Shown here: piece after piece, positions 63,503-64,000 of the stretch
How the letters are laid out: each line of letters opens with the position of its first letter
Position numbering within the stretch: the first letter of the stretch is position 1
Origin: an uncultured delta proteobacterium
GTDB lineage: Bacteria > Desulfobacterota > Desulfobacteria > Desulfobacterales > Desulfatirhabdiaceae
Length of the DNA: 64,000 nt
NCBI GenBank assembly: GCA_963789395.1
Contig: CAWBKP010000005.1
Span: 1 to 64,000, forward strand
Reading direction: 5' to 3'
Notes under the pieces: generated by a model
The model's input: the letters and a program-made list of their open reading frames with translations, nothing else
What the model was told of the DNA's origin: nothing
Database searches by the model: none
Position numbers and translations under genes: made by a program

Positions 63503-63818
63503 AACGACAACAATATCGGGTAATATGGAAAATGCTTGAAGTTTCATGCCTGGCATTGTATTCTTTTTTCTCATATGCCAAGTGTCAACACTAACCCCTC
63601 GAATCATACGTCACCGGTAAAGTTGGAAGACGATTAACCATCACAGCACGCACGTCGTTATAACACCCCTGTCGGCAGAAGATGCCTTTAATGATGCGAA
63701 TCGTAGGAAACCACTTACAACATTGTTCAAGATCATTCCCTTTCCCTGAAAATACTGAACTCCGGAAGTTTTCCGGTATTGCCGGCAGCGATCACGTTAT
63801 CATTTTGAGGAGGTGAGT

Positions 63819-64000
63819 ATGCGCCTGAATCTATCCCAGGAATCACTCCGCCAACTGGCCGCGCGCTGGTCCCCTGCCCAGGAAGCCGGGCATCGGTTCA
63901 GAATTTACAGAGATACCAGTGATTATTTTCGTATCGATTACGGTGATGTCGTGATTCTAAACGACACGCCATATTTAATCCGCCATAACGCCAAGGAAGG
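63819..64000 (+). CDS. 5' end of a gene truncated by the window edge (possibly a Ser/Thr-kinase-like protein)
   Basis: GAGGAGG SD, then MRLNLSQESLRQLAARW...YRDTSDYFRIDYGDVVILNDTPYLIRHNAKEG, open to the end. The product guess is recalled family resemblance only. Confidence 0.55.
   Translation, partial: MRLNLSQESLRQLAARWSPAQEAGHRFRIYRDTSDYFRIDYGDVVILNDTPYLIRHNAKE

Noticed and set aside
1..64000. tRNA, rRNA, CRISPR arrays, transposases, integrases, prophage genes
   Set aside because: None recognised by eye in ORFs or intergenic regions; tRNAscan-SE and Infernal would be needed to exclude small RNAs.

Overview
64 kb of mostly housekeeping chromosome from an anaerobic deltaproteobacterium. A Desulfobacterales-like sulfate reducer or relative is inferred from the Sec-containing periplasmic FdhAB plus FdhE, the DUF362 protein, an hdrCB remnant and a sigma54-driven ZraP-like gene. 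About 63 coding regions are supported, including ettA, xth, a PcrA/UvrD helicase, djlA, polA, nagZ, sucA, kup, tpx, ihfA, a SWIM-SNF2 helicase, a Yej/Opp-type ABC importer, purN, trxA, bamD, rpmB, rel, an archaeal-type proS and ispG. I saw no rRNA, tRNA, CRISPR array, transposase, integrase or prophage. About 11 otherwise intact genes are broken by single-base indels, mostly +1, which looks like long-read consensus error rather than biology. Best leads: (1) a GAF-GGDEF enzyme that keeps its metal ligands but carries the Hypr (cGAMP-synthase) Asp-to-Ser signature plus two more changes at conserved base-proximal positions; (2) a hidden C-terminal selenocysteine in the small FmdB-family protein, with an fdhF-like SECIS lying beyond the stop codon; (3) a promoter-hairpin-terminator leader before kup and a structured leader before purN, neither matching a riboswitch class I recognise; (4) orphan Zn-finger/nucleoid-like proteins; (5) two internal-deletion scars (AhpC-like and hdrC/hdrB). 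All calls are from reading the sequence by eye; no searches or folding programs were run.
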